Notes under the pieces: generated by a model
What the model saw: only the letters and a program-made list of their open reading frames with translations
What the model was told of the DNA's origin: nothing
Database searches by the model: none
Made by a program: the position numbers and the translations under genes
Shown here: positions 55,210-64,000 of the stretch, piece by piece
Numbering within the stretch: the stretch's first letter is position 1
Layout: each line of letters starts with the position of its first letter
Assembly (NCBI GenBank): GCA_963716255.1
Contig: OY970303.1
Coordinates: 544,001 to 608,000, forward strand
Source: an uncultured Gemmatimonadales bacterium
GTDB taxonomy: Bacteria; Gemmatimonadota; Gemmatimonadetes; Longimicrobiales; Longimicrobiaceae
Length of the DNA: 64,000 nt
Direction of reading: 5' to 3'

Positions 55210-55611
55210 CTACCAGCGCCGCACTTCCAGGGTGGCCCGGTACGTTTCCGGCGGCGACCCCCCCACGCGCGGATGGGGATCCAGCTCCCTGAGCACCACG
55301 CGGTACCCCTCGTAGGTGCCGGATTCCTTGCTGGGGGTGGTGCGCAGCGTCAGCTCCGCGGGCTCGCGCCCCGCCTGTGCCAGGCGGAGCACCACCACTC
55401 CCTCGCCGGCCCACGCGCACTGGGCGCCGGTGGGGCAGCGCGAGTCGTCGGACACCTCCAGGAAGCGGACGGTGAGCATCCCCTCGTCCACCTCCACCTG
55501 CTCGCCCTCGCGCACGCCGAACGCGCGGTCCAGCGTGGCGGTGCCCGGCTCGGTCGCCAGGGCGCACGCCGCGGTGAGGGCCGCGCACAGCAACGACATC
55601 GTTCTCTTCAT
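55210..55611 (-). CDS. Hypothetical lipoprotein
   Basis: Lipobox TAAC; DSRCPTGAQCAWAG motif; AGGAGAGG RBS. Confidence 0.8.
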   Translation of the reverse strand: MKRTMSLLCAALTAACALATEPGTATLDRAFGVREGEQVEVDEGMLTVRFLEVSDDSRCPTGAQCAWAGEGVVVLRLAQAGREPAELTLRTTPSKESGTYEGYRVVLRELDPHPRVGGSPPETYRATLEVRRW

Positions 55612-55750
55612 GAGTCCTCTCCTGTCCCCGGCCCGCGGCGCCGGGCCCGCCCCCGTGGCGGGCCCGGCGCCGTGGACGTCCGGTACGGAACAGGGGCCCC
55701 GGGAGTTTCCCGGGGCCCCTGTGCGTGGGACGAGCGGCCCTTCGGATGCG

Positions 55751-56131
55751 TCACACCGTGAAGGAGCTGCCGCAGCCGCACCCGCCGGAGGCGTTGGGGT
55801 TGTTGAAGGTGAACCCGGAGCCCTGGAAGGTGGAAACGTAGTCGATCTCGGTGCCGGCCAGGTACTGCATGCTGAAGGGGTCGACGAAGAGCCGCAGCCC
55901 CGCGACGTCCAGCACCATGTCGTCCTCGGCGGGCTCGTCCTCGATGTTGAGCCCGTACTGGAAGCCCGAGCAGCCGCCCGGGAGCACGCCCACGCGGAGC
56001 CCGGCCTGCCCGGAGGCGCCCTGCTCCTCCATGTATCTGCGCACCTCGGAGGCCGCGACGGCGGTCACGGCGATGGGGGACGCCGCGGTCGCGGTATCGT
56101 TGCCGGTAGCCGTAGTGTTGTCAGTCTGCAT
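55751..56131 (-). CDS. A-type Fe-S carrier (IscA/ErpA/HesB family)
   Basis: GGCSGFQY and NPNASGGCGCGSSF. Confidence 0.95.
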   Translation of the reverse strand: MQTDNTTATGNDTATAASPIAVTAVAASEVRRYMEEQGASGQAGLRVGVLPGGCSGFQYGLNIEDEPAEDDMVLDVAGLRLFVDPFSMQYLAGTEIDYVSTFQGSGFTFNNPNASGGCGCGSSFTV

Positions 56132-56261
56132 GGGACCCTCTACGGTGAAAAGTTCGGATCCGGGGCCACGCCCCGCAACCGCTTGTGTTTCCGCACGTTC
56201 CGGGCCCACCGGCCGAGGGGAACGGTTCAGGGGTGAAATATACGCGGCGCGGCCCGGCGGG

Positions 56262-56810
56262 TCAATTCGCGCGGGTGGCGGCGAGCACCCGCTCCACGGC
56301 CTCGGCGAGGCCCTGGACCACGGGGACGCCGTCCGGTGCGTGCTCCGCCTCGCCGTGCTCCGCGCCCGCGCGCACCAGGATCCCCCGCCCGCCCAGCCGC
56401 TCCGCGGGCGCGACGTCGCGCAGCCGGTCGCCCACGTACCACGAGCGCGCCAGGTCCAGCCCGTGCTCCTCCGCCGCGCGCACGAAGAGCTCCACCCCCG
56501 GCTTGCGGCAGCCGCACGCCGGCACGGCGTCCGGCGCGTGCGGGCAGTGGTAGACGGCGTCCACCCGCGCGCCCCCGGCGCCGAGCAGCGCTTCCACGCG
56601 CGCCTGCACCGCGCGGAAGTCGCCCTCGCCGAAGTACCCCCGCCCGATCCCCGACTGGTTGGTGACCACGACCACCGGGATCCCCGCGGCGTTCAGCCGC
56701 GCGATCGCCGCGGCCGCGCCGGGGAGCAGCCGCACGCCATCGGGGTCGGCGAGGTAGTGCGCGTCGTGGATGATGGTCCCGTCGCGGTCGAGGAAGACGG
56801 CGGGGGTCAA
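56262..56810 (-). CDS. gmhB: HAD-IIIA phosphatase (heptose 1,7-bisphosphate phosphatase-like)
   Basis: FLDRDGTI, VTNQSGIGRG, CPH..CGCRKP, VGDRLRD. Confidence 0.88.
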   Translation of the reverse strand: MTPAVFLDRDGTIIHDAHYLADPDGVRLLPGAAAAIARLNAAGIPVVVVTNQSGIGRGYFGEGDFRAVQARVEALLGAGGARVDAVYHCPHAPDAVPACGCRKPGVELFVRAAEEHGLDLARSWYVGDRLRDVAPAERLGGRGILVRAGAEHGEAEHAPDGVPVVQGLAEAVERVLAATRAN

Positions 56811-56904
56811 AAGAAGGGAACGGGGAACAGGGAACAGGGAACGGCCTGCAACAGCCGGACGAAGCGGCTCGGAGCCCGCCGCCGCGTGCCTTTCGCGGTA
56901 CCCA

Positions 56905-57052
56905 TAAAAATCTGTTCGGAGGGAGACAGCCGGGCTGTTTCGGCTGGCTCACTCCGGCGCAGGGAGACAGGCCGGCTGTTTGGCCTGGCTCCCGGAGCCC
57001 GCGCAGGAGACGGACGGCTGTATCGTCCGGCTCCGGAGCGGCCCGCCAAACC
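56905..57052 (+). repeat. Triple-hairpin element family B, copy 1
   Basis: Three GAGAC-stem-loop-stem-GGCTC modules (loops GGCTGTTT, GGCTGTTT, GCTGTAT) ending CGGAGCGGCCCGCCAAACC. Confidence 0.9.
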
Positions 57053-57057
57053 AGACG

Positions 57058-57846
57058 TCAACCCGCGGTGATGTTGAACCCGGCGTCCACGTACATGACC
57101 TCCCCGGTGATGCCGGTGGAAAGGTCGGAGGCGAGGAAGAGCGCCGTGTTGCCCACCTCGTCCACCTCGATGGCGCGCTTCATGGGCGCCCGCTCGGCGG
57201 TGATCTTGAGCAGGTCGCGGAAGTGCGCCACCCCGCGCGCCGCCAGCGTGTTCACGGCCCCGGCGGAGACCGCGTTGATGCGGATTCCCTTCGCGCCCAG
57301 GTCCACGGCCAGGTAGCGCACGCTGGCTTCCAGCGAGGCCTTTGCGACGCCCATGACGTTGTAGCCGGGGACCGCCTTCTCGGAGCCGTAGTAGGTCATG
57401 GTGACCACGCTGCCGCCGGCCTCCATCAGGGGCTCGGCGGCGCGCACCATCCCCACCAGCGAGTACGCGCTGATGTCGTGCGCGGTGAGGAAATCCTCGC
57501 GCCGGGTCTGGATGAACGGGTTCGCCATGGCGTCCTTGGGCGCGAAGGCGACGGAGTGGAGGAGAAAGTCCAGCCGCCCCCACTTCTCGCGCAGCTCGGC
57601 GAAGAGCCGGTCGATCTGCGCGTCGTCGCGGACGTCCAGGTCGTAGAGCGGGACGTCGCCCAGCGGCGAGACGGTCTTTGCGCACCGGTCGCGCATGGTC
57701 TCGCCCTGGTACGTGAACGCCAGCTCCATCCCCGCGCCGTGCAGCGCCCTGGCGCACGCCCAGGCGATGGAGTTCTGGTTGGCGACGCCGACGATGAGTC
57801 CGCGTTTGCCGGCGAGAAGGCCGGAGATTGCGCTGGCTTCGGACAT
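57058..57846 (-). CDS. fabI: Enoyl-ACP reductase
   Basis: GVANQNSIAW, HSVAFAP, YNVMGVAKASLE. Confidence 0.97.
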   Translation of the reverse strand: MSEASAISGLLAGKRGLIVGVANQNSIAWACARALHGAGMELAFTYQGETMRDRCAKTVSPLGDVPLYDLDVRDDAQIDRLFAELREKWGRLDFLLHSVAFAPKDAMANPFIQTRREDFLTAHDISAYSLVGMVRAAEPLMEAGGSVVTMTYYGSEKAVPGYNVMGVAKASLEASVRYLAVDLGAKGIRINAVSAGAVNTLAARGVAHFRDLLKITAERAPMKRAIEVDEVGNTALFLASDLSTGITGEVMYVDAGFNITAG

Positions 57847-57903
57847 GGGCTCTTTACGTTCGAGGTCGAGGTTCGCGAAGTCGTCCCGGCCGGTTCACGC
57901 CGC

Positions 57904-59055
57904 TCAGGGGCGCCGGCCCGCGGTGGAGTCGGCGGGCGCGGCGGGGCGCGCGGGCGCCGGGGCGGCGGCCGGGGTCTTCCCCCGCGCCTCGCCCCCGCCC
58001 ACCAGCCCCGCCAGGTTGCGCACGCCGGTGACCCGCACCGTGTACTCGGTGCCGGGCGGCACGGGCCGCGCCAGCCGCACGCGAATGGTCTGCGACGGGA
58101 GCCGCTCCTGCGGCGCGGCCGGGGCCGCGGGCGCGGCGGCGCTGTCGGAGGGCGCGGGCTGGCCGCCCACGGGCGGGCCGCCGCCCTCGCCGCCGGCGCC
58201 CAGCTCCACGGCGACCGCCTGGATGGGGGTGCTGTCGGCCAGCACGACGCGCACCTGGGTGGGCGCGAACGCCTGCAGCGGGTCCAGGTAGTCGTCGAAC
58301 TTGACCTCGATCCAGGCGCTGTCGGCGGGCTGGACGGAGGCGGCGCGCGGCGCGGTGCTGTCCGGCTCCAGCACGCGGAGCCGCACCGTGGGGGAGGCGC
58401 CCGCGGCGACCGTCGCGCCCGCGGTGTCGCGCGGCTCGTAGTCCTGGAGTTCGCGGTCGGCGTTCTGGTCGCGGAAGGCGCGCACCCGGTACCGCCCGGC
58501 GGGGATCTGCGAAAAGGTGAAGGCGCCGGCGGAGTCGGTCTGCACCGAGTACACCAGCGAGTCGGGGGCCAGCGCCGCTTCCACGCGCGTGCCCACCTCC
58601 GGGCGGCCGGTGGTGCGGGCGGTCACCGTGCCGGAGAGCCGCGTGTCGGGGATCTCGGGCCCGGTGGAGAACACCAGCCGCACCGGCTCGGTGCGCCGGT
58701 TGTTGAACAGGTCCTGGACGCCGGGGGCGACCGTCACCTGGTAGATGCGCCCGGCCTCCCATCCGCGCCGCAGCGACACGCGGATCTCGTCGCCCCGGTG
58801 GTCCACTTCGGCGGCGCTGGTGCGCGGCGACACGCTCACGGCGTCGCGGACGCTCTGCTCGGACAGGCGCTCGTCGAACAGCAGGACGACGGGGTCGCTG
58901 AACGCCCCGCCGCGCCGCAGGGTGTCCGGGCGGGTGGCGAGGAGCTGCGGCGCCTGCCTGTCCTCGGGCCCGCCCGGAGGCGGCTCGATGTGCGCGCAGG
59001 CGGCCAGCGGCAGGAGCAGGAGCGCGGCGCGGGCGGCGCGGAGGCTCAGACCCAC
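57904..59055 (-). CDS. Ig-like (Big_5) domain lipoprotein
   Basis: LAACAHIEPPPGGPED, FDERL, VFSTG, FRDQNAD; GTG start overlaps the valS end. Confidence 0.85.
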   Translation of the reverse strand: MGLSLRAARAALLLLPLAACAHIEPPPGGPEDRQAPQLLATRPDTLRRGGAFSDPVVLLFDERLSEQSVRDAVSVSPRTSAAEVDHRGDEIRVSLRRGWEAGRIYQVTVAPGVQDLFNNRRTEPVRLVFSTGPEIPDTRLSGTVTARTTGRPEVGTRVEAALAPDSLVYSVQTDSAGAFTFSQIPAGRYRVRAFRDQNADRELQDYEPRDTAGATVAAGASPTVRLRVLEPDSTAPRAASVQPADSAWIEVKFDDYLDPLQAFAPTQVRVVLADSTPIQAVAVELGAGGEGGGPPVGGQPAPSDSAAAPAAPAAPQERLPSQTIRVRLARPVPPGTEYTVRVTGVRNLAGLVGGGEARGKTPAAAPAPARPAAPADSTAGRRP

Positions 59056-61775
59056 GCGGCGCCCTCCAGCCCGGCGAGCTTGTCCGCCAGCTTGCCGCGC
59101 TGCTCGGTGTACCCGGCCAGCTTCTCGCGCTCCTTGTCCACCACGGCGGCGGGGGCGCGCGCCACGAAGCTCTCGTTGGACAGCTTCTTCCCGGTGCCGG
59201 CGATCAGCCCGTCCAGGCGCTGCACCTCGTCGCGCAGGCGGGTGCGCTCGCGGTCCACGTCGATGGCGCCGGAGAGCGGGACGAAGATCTCGGCGCTGGA
59301 GCGGAGCACGGCGGTCGCGCCCACGCCCTCGCCCGCCCCCTCGAAGCCCAGGTCCTCCATGCGGCACAGGTCGCGCAGGGCGCGCACGCTCGCCTCCAGG
59401 TCGGCGCGCAGCTCGGGCGGGGCGCCCGCCACGCGCAGCGGCACCCGGTTCCCCGGCGGCACGCCGTACTCCGCGCGGATGTTGCGCACCGCCACGATCA
59501 CCGCCTGCAGTTCGGCGAAGCGCGCCTCCACGCCGGCGTCCTCCCACGCGGGGACGCGCTCGGGCCAGCGCGCCGTCATCAGCGACCCGGGGTCGCCGGG
59601 GGCCCGCGGCAGGCGCTGCCACACCGTCTCGGTGATGAAGGGCATGGTGGGGTGCAGAAGGCGCATGGCGCCGTCCAGCACGGCGGCCAGCGTGGCGCGC
59701 GCGGCGTCGCGGCTGGCCTCGCCCATCTCGCCGCGCAGGCGGGGCTTCACCAGCTCCAGGTACCAGTCGGCCAGCTCGCCGCGGAAGAACTCGTAGGCGC
59801 GCAGCACCGCCTCGTTGAGCCGGAACTTCTCCATCGCCTGGGTGGTCTCGTCCGCGGCGCGCGACAGCCGCGACAGGATCCAGCGGTCGGGGAGCTCCAG
59901 CGCGCCGGCCACGGCGTCCAGCGGCACCCGCTCGGCGTCGCCCAGCGTCATCAGCGCGAAGCGGCCGGCGTTCCAAAGCTTGTTGGCGAAGTTGCGCCCC
60001 GGGCCGAACGCCTCCTCCAGGTCCTCGTAGTTGAGCCCCTGGTCGGTGCCGGCGGCGCCCCCGGTGAGCACGGTGTAGCGCAGCGCGTCGGCGCCGAAGC
60101 GGTCCACCACCTCCAGCGGGTCGATGCCGTTGCCCAGCGACTTGGACATCTTGCGCCCCATGTGGTCGCGCACGATGCCGGTGAGGTACACGTCGCGGAA
60201 GGGCACGTCGCCCATGAACTCAAGCCCCGCCATGATCATCCGCGAGATCCAGAAGAACAGGATGTCGTGCCCGGAGACCAGGGTGTCGTTGGGGTAGAAC
60301 TTGCGCAGGTGCGGCGTGTCGTCCGGCCACCCCAGCGTGGAAAAGGGCCACAGCCACGACGAGAACCAGGTGTCCAGCACGTCGGGGTCCTGCTCGGGCG
60401 ACGCGGCGCCGCACCGGGGGCACCCGGTGGGGTCCTCGCGCGAAACGATGGTCTCACCGCACCCCTCGGCGCGGCAGTACCACACCGGGATGCGGTGTCC
60501 CCACCAGAGCTGCCGCGAGATGCACCAGTCGCGGATGTTCTCCAGCCAGTGCTCGTAGATCCTGGTGAAGCGCTCCGGCGTGAACCTCACCCGACCGTCG
60601 CGCGACGCGGCCAGCGCCGGCTCGGCGAGCGGCTTCATCTTCACGAACCACTGCTCGGAAAGGCGCGGCTCCACCACCGTGTCGCATCGGTAGCAGTGCG
60701 GCACGGCGTGGGTGTGCGCCTCCACCTTGTCCAGCAGCCCCAGCGCCTCGAAAGCCTGCACCACGGCGCCGCGCGCCTCGGTGCGGTCCATCCCGCGGAA
60801 CGCCTCGGGGGCGTTGTCGTTGACCACCGCCCCGGGCGTGAACACGTCGATGGCGGGAATGCCGTTCCGCTGCGCCATCTCGAAGTCGTTGGGGTCGTGC
60901 GCGGGGGTGATCTTCACCGCGCCGCTCCCGAACTCCGGGTCCACGAAGTCGTCCGCCACGATGGGGATGGTGCGCCCGGTGAGCGGCAGCTCCACCAGGA
61001 GCCCGTGCAGCCCGGCGTAGCGCTCGTCTCCCGGGTGCACCGCCACGGCGGTGTCGCCCAGCATGGTCTCCGGACGGGTGGTGGCCACCACCAGGTAGGG
61101 GCGCCCGTCGGGGAGCCGCGGGAGCCCCGGTGCGTCGGCGCCGGCGGCGAGCGGGTAGCGCAGGTGGTACAGCTTCCCCTGCGTCTCCTCGGGCTCGGCC
61201 TCCTCGTCGGACAGGGCGGTGAGGCAGCGGGGGCACCAGTTGATGATGCGGTTGCCGCGGTACACCAGCCCCTTGTCGTACAGCCGCACGAACACCTCGC
61301 GCACCGCGCGCGAAAGCCCGTCGTCCAGGGTGAAGCGGGTGCGCTCCCAGTCGCACGAGCAGCCCATGGCGCGGAGCTGGTCGATGATGGTGCCCTCCGT
61401 CTTCCCCACGAAGTCCCACACGCGCCCCACGAACGCCTCGCGCCCCAGGTCCTGGCGGGTCTTCCCCTCCCCGGCGAGGACGCGCTCCACCACGTTCTGC
61501 GTGGCGATGCCGGCGTGGTCGGTCCCCGGCTGCCAGAGCGTGGCGCGCCCCTGCATCCGCCGCCAGCGGACGAGCATGTCCTGCACGGAGTTGTTCAGCC
61601 CGTGCCCCATGTGCAGGGGGGCGGTGACGTTGGGCGGGGGGATGACGATGGTGTACGGCTCCGCCTCCGACTCCGGGTCGGCGCGGAAGAGGCCCTGCTC
61701 CTCCCACCAGCGGTAGAGGGGCGCCTCGTTGTCCTGCGGCGAGTACTGAGGGGCAAGCGGCTCGGACTCGGACAT
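59046..61775 (-). CDS. valS: Valine--tRNA ligase
   Basis: PPPNVT..LHMGH, DWCISRQLWWGH, KMSKS, C-terminal coiled coil. Confidence 0.98.
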   Translation of the reverse strand: MSESEPLAPQYSPQDNEAPLYRWWEEQGLFRADPESEAEPYTIVIPPPNVTAPLHMGHGLNNSVQDMLVRWRRMQGRATLWQPGTDHAGIATQNVVERVLAGEGKTRQDLGREAFVGRVWDFVGKTEGTIIDQLRAMGCSCDWERTRFTLDDGLSRAVREVFVRLYDKGLVYRGNRIINWCPRCLTALSDEEAEPEETQGKLYHLRYPLAAGADAPGLPRLPDGRPYLVVATTRPETMLGDTAVAVHPGDERYAGLHGLLVELPLTGRTIPIVADDFVDPEFGSGAVKITPAHDPNDFEMAQRNGIPAIDVFTPGAVVNDNAPEAFRGMDRTEARGAVVQAFEALGLLDKVEAHTHAVPHCYRCDTVVEPRLSEQWFVKMKPLAEPALAASRDGRVRFTPERFTRIYEHWLENIRDWCISRQLWWGHRIPVWYCRAEGCGETIVSREDPTGCPRCGAASPEQDPDVLDTWFSSWLWPFSTLGWPDDTPHLRKFYPNDTLVSGHDILFFWISRMIMAGLEFMGDVPFRDVYLTGIVRDHMGRKMSKSLGNGIDPLEVVDRFGADALRYTVLTGGAAGTDQGLNYEDLEEAFGPGRNFANKLWNAGRFALMTLGDAERVPLDAVAGALELPDRWILSRLSRAADETTQAMEKFRLNEAVLRAYEFFRGELADWYLELVKPRLRGEMGEASRDAARATLAAVLDGAMRLLHPTMPFITETVWQRLPRAPGDPGSLMTARWPERVPAWEDAGVEARFAELQAVIVAVRNIRAEYGVPPGNRVPLRVAGAPPELRADLEASVRALRDLCRMEDLGFEGAGEGVGATAVLRSSAEIFVPLSGAIDVDRERTRLRDEVQRLDGLIAGTGKKLSNESFVARAPAAVVDKEREKLAGYTEQRGKLADKLAGLEGAAWV

Positions 61776-61936
61776 CTGGACCGGCTCCTGTCTATGCGAA
61801 CGGGGCCGTGGGGCCCCGCGTCTCTGACTGGCAAATCTGGCTGTGCTTCCCAATCCGAAAGCTACGGAGGGGGGGAAGGGCGGTCAAGCGAAGACGTGGC
61901 GGCTCGCGGAGGATTGCGGCGAAAAGCGTTACGAGC

Positions 61937-62070
61937 GGGTCCGGGCGTGCCCCCGCTGGCGCGGGGTCGGGCTTCGGCTCCGTAGAGCAGCAGACTACGC
62001 TGCTCAACGGAGTCGAGCCCCGCGAAACTGCCCGCGGGTCTCGCCCCTTCGGGCCGAAATCCCTCACGCG
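61937..62070 (-). repeat. Family A copy 8
   Basis: Stem GAGCAGC/GCTGCTC. Confidence 0.95.
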
Positions 62071-62253
62071 GCTCTCGCGCTGGCGTCCGCGAGTGCGGGC
62101 CCCCTCACCCCCCGGCCCCCTCTCCCCCGCAAGCGGGGAAAGGGGGAGCACTGCACGGGGTCGTCCGGCCCTGCGCCTGGACTCGGCGGAGCGCGGTGGG
62201 TCGGCGGGCCGGTCGCAGAGGGCCGAATCCGCCCGGCTTGCACGGGATCCAGC

Positions 62254-62661
62254 TCACAGGCTGAGCTGTTCCGGCTCCCGTCCCGGCCCGTCGCCGGCAC
62301 CCGGCTCGTCCGGGAGCTGGCCGCGCAGCCAGCGCTCCATCGCCGCGAGCACGTGCCGCGTCTCCTCGTCGGTGAGCGCGCGCCCCTTCGGGATGCCGTG
62401 CCACTTCCGGAGGCAGCCGCGGCAGCAGGTGCCGGTGGCGTGCTGCGCCACGAACGCCGGGTGACTGCGCATGGGCGTCTGCCTGCCGTCGTTGGCCGGC
62501 TCCGCGACGGCCAGCCGCGCGGCGACGAACCCCGCCGCGTGTTCCATCACCGCGGCGACGCCGCGCCCACGCAGGTAAGCCAGCTCCGGCCCGCGCAGCC
62601 GGAACCGCCGCCGGAAGTCGGACCTGGAGAGTGCGGCGAAGAGATCGTCGAGGTCGCGCAT
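62254..62661 (-). CDS. DUF4186-family protein
   Basis: SDFRRRFRL, NDGRQTPMRSHPAFVAQHATGTCCRGCLRKWHGI. Confidence 0.9.
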   Translation of the reverse strand: MRDLDDLFAALSRSDFRRRFRLRGPELAYLRGRGVAAVMEHAAGFVAARLAVAEPANDGRQTPMRSHPAFVAQHATGTCCRGCLRKWHGIPKGRALTDEETRHVLAAMERWLRGQLPDEPGAGDGPGREPEQLSL

Positions 62662-62714
62662 GGAAGCCGAGGCGCTGAGCCGTTGTCGTTGCAGTTGCAG
62701 TTCCCCACAGTTCC

Positions 62715-62863
62715 CAAAATCCGTACGGGGGGAGACTCGCCGGCTGTTTGGCGAGGCTCCCCCCGTGCGCAGGGAGACCCGGAGGCAGTTTTCCGGGGCT
62801 CCCGGAGCCCGCGCAGGAAACAGGCCGGAAGTTTGGCCTGGTTCCGGAGCGGCCCGCCAAACC
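62715..62863 (+). repeat. Triple-hairpin element family B, copy 2
   Basis: Same layout as 56905-57052; each of the three stems differs from its positional counterpart. Confidence 0.9.
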
Positions 62864-62884
62864 CGACGAAGCGGCAAGAACCGT

Positions 62885-63967
62885 CTACTCGCCCCCCGGA
62901 TACGAGCGCAGCGTCGGCGCAGCGGGATCCTCCGGGAACCCCTTGGCCAGCGCCCGCCGGAACGCCGCCACCACCTCCGGATCGAACTGCGACCCCGAGC
63001 ACCGCTCGATCTCCGCGAGCGCCACGTCCGGCGAACGTCCCGCACGGTACGGCCGCGACGAGACGATGGCGTCGAAAGTGTCCACCACGGCGATGATCCG
63101 TCCCTGGAGCGAGATCTCCTCGCCGCGCAGCCCGGCCGGGTACCCCGTGCCGTCCCAGCGCTCCTGGTGGTGCAGGACCGCCGGGAGCGCCGGCTGGAGG
63201 AACGCGCTCCGCGACATGATGGCCGCCCCGATCTCGGGGTGCCGCTTCATCACCTCGTACTCGTCGTCGGTGAGGCGCGCGGGCTTGCGCAGGATGTCGT
63301 CCGGCACCGCGATCTTGCCGATGTCGTGCAGCAGCGCCCCCACCCAAAGGTGCCGCAGCTCTTCCCCGGCGATCCCCATCTCGCGCCCGGTGGCGACGGC
63401 GCGCCGTGCCACCCGCCCCACGTGGTTGCCGGTGTAGTCGTCGCGCGCCTCCACGGCGTTTGCGAGCGAGAGGAGCGCGTCCACGAACAGGTCCTCCAGC
63501 TCGCGCGCCTGCTCGGCGACCCGGTCCTCCAGGTGCTGCTGGTAGAAGCGGTTCTCCCGCACCAGCGCGCGGTGCCGCAGCGCCCGCTCCACGGCGAGCG
63601 TCACCTCCTCCAGGTTGAAGGGCTTGAGGAGGTAGTCGTCGGCCTGGAGCCGCAGGGCGTGGATGGCGTTCTCCATGCTCCCGGCGCCGGTGAGGAGGAT
63701 GAAGGCCACCGTGTCGTCGCGCGCCTTGCAGCGCTGCAGCAGCTCCAGCCCGCCGATGCCGGGCATCTGCAGGTCGGAAAGGATCAGGTCGGCGCCCTCG
63801 GCGGCGAACACCGCTTCGGCCTCTTCGCCGCTGGTGGCCTCCCGCAGGTCGTACCCCGCCGCGAGGACGCGCAGCAGGACCCGGCGGATCGCCGGGTCGT
63901 CGTCCACCACCAAGACGCGCGGCGGCGTCCCGCTCCCGGTCGCCGGCGGAAAGGCGGCAGCCCTCAC
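62885..63967 (-). CDS. Response regulator with HD-GYP phosphodiesterase domain
   Basis: VLVVDDD, SDLQMP, LLHDIGKI, HHQERWDGTGYP. Confidence 0.95.
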   Translation of the reverse strand: MRAAAFPPATGSGTPPRVLVVDDDPAIRRVLLRVLAAGYDLREATSGEEAEAVFAAEGADLILSDLQMPGIGGLELLQRCKARDDTVAFILLTGAGSMENAIHALRLQADDYLLKPFNLEEVTLAVERALRHRALVRENRFYQQHLEDRVAEQARELEDLFVDALLSLANAVEARDDYTGNHVGRVARRAVATGREMGIAGEELRHLWVGALLHDIGKIAVPDDILRKPARLTDDEYEVMKRHPEIGAAIMSRSAFLQPALPAVLHHQERWDGTGYPAGLRGEEISLQGRIIAVVDTFDAIVSSRPYRAGRSPDVALAEIERCSGSQFDPEVVAAFRRALAKGFPEDPAAPTLRSYPGGE

Positions 63968-64000
63968 CGCTGCGCCCCGGCCTGCGCCGCGCCGGGCTCC

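Noticed and set aside
56905..57052. Family B or family A repeats as a CRISPR array
   Set aside because: No identical direct repeats separated by unique 25-45 nt spacers, the variable parts are self-complementary stems, and there are no cas genes.

Overview
GC-rich bacterial chromosome window, probably Gemmatimonadota (Longimicrobium-like); this is inferred from gene families and cannot be verified here. It has three zones. (1) 1-9950: a tightly coupled minus-strand operon of at least 7 genes: an ABBA-prenyltransferase-like ORF running off the left edge, two conserved hypotheticals, an S8 protease, two Trypco2-like proteins and a cell-wall-hydrolase-like protein. It lies behind a good sigma-54 promoter, a palindromic candidate enhancer and a sensor-less sigma-54 activator. 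(2) About 10100-22575: a decayed integrative/mobilisable island at tRNA-Arg(CCT), with tyrosine integrase, excisionase-like gene, MOBP-type oriT, mobC and a truncated relaxase. Its cargo is an IS630-interrupted lipoprotein, an HTH/TPR-remnant/repeat-peptide trio, and two Cys-rich secreted peptides followed by a thioredoxin-like protein, an HEXXH peptidase and a beta-propeller. (3) 22600-64000: housekeeping backbone (pcm, surE, gpsA, plsY, der, larC, gltX, purH, purN, nadA, gmhB, fabI, valS) plus a giant poly-HAMP kinase/CheR/CheB locus. The intergenic DNA holds several repeat families. The most striking is a ~135-nt multi-hairpin element (8 close copies, 1 divergent) whose stem sequences change between copies while pairing and GTTT-ending loops are kept. 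The same hairpin module recurs as triple arrays in a second family. Start codons were re-chosen by eye and all product calls rest on motif recognition, not database searches.
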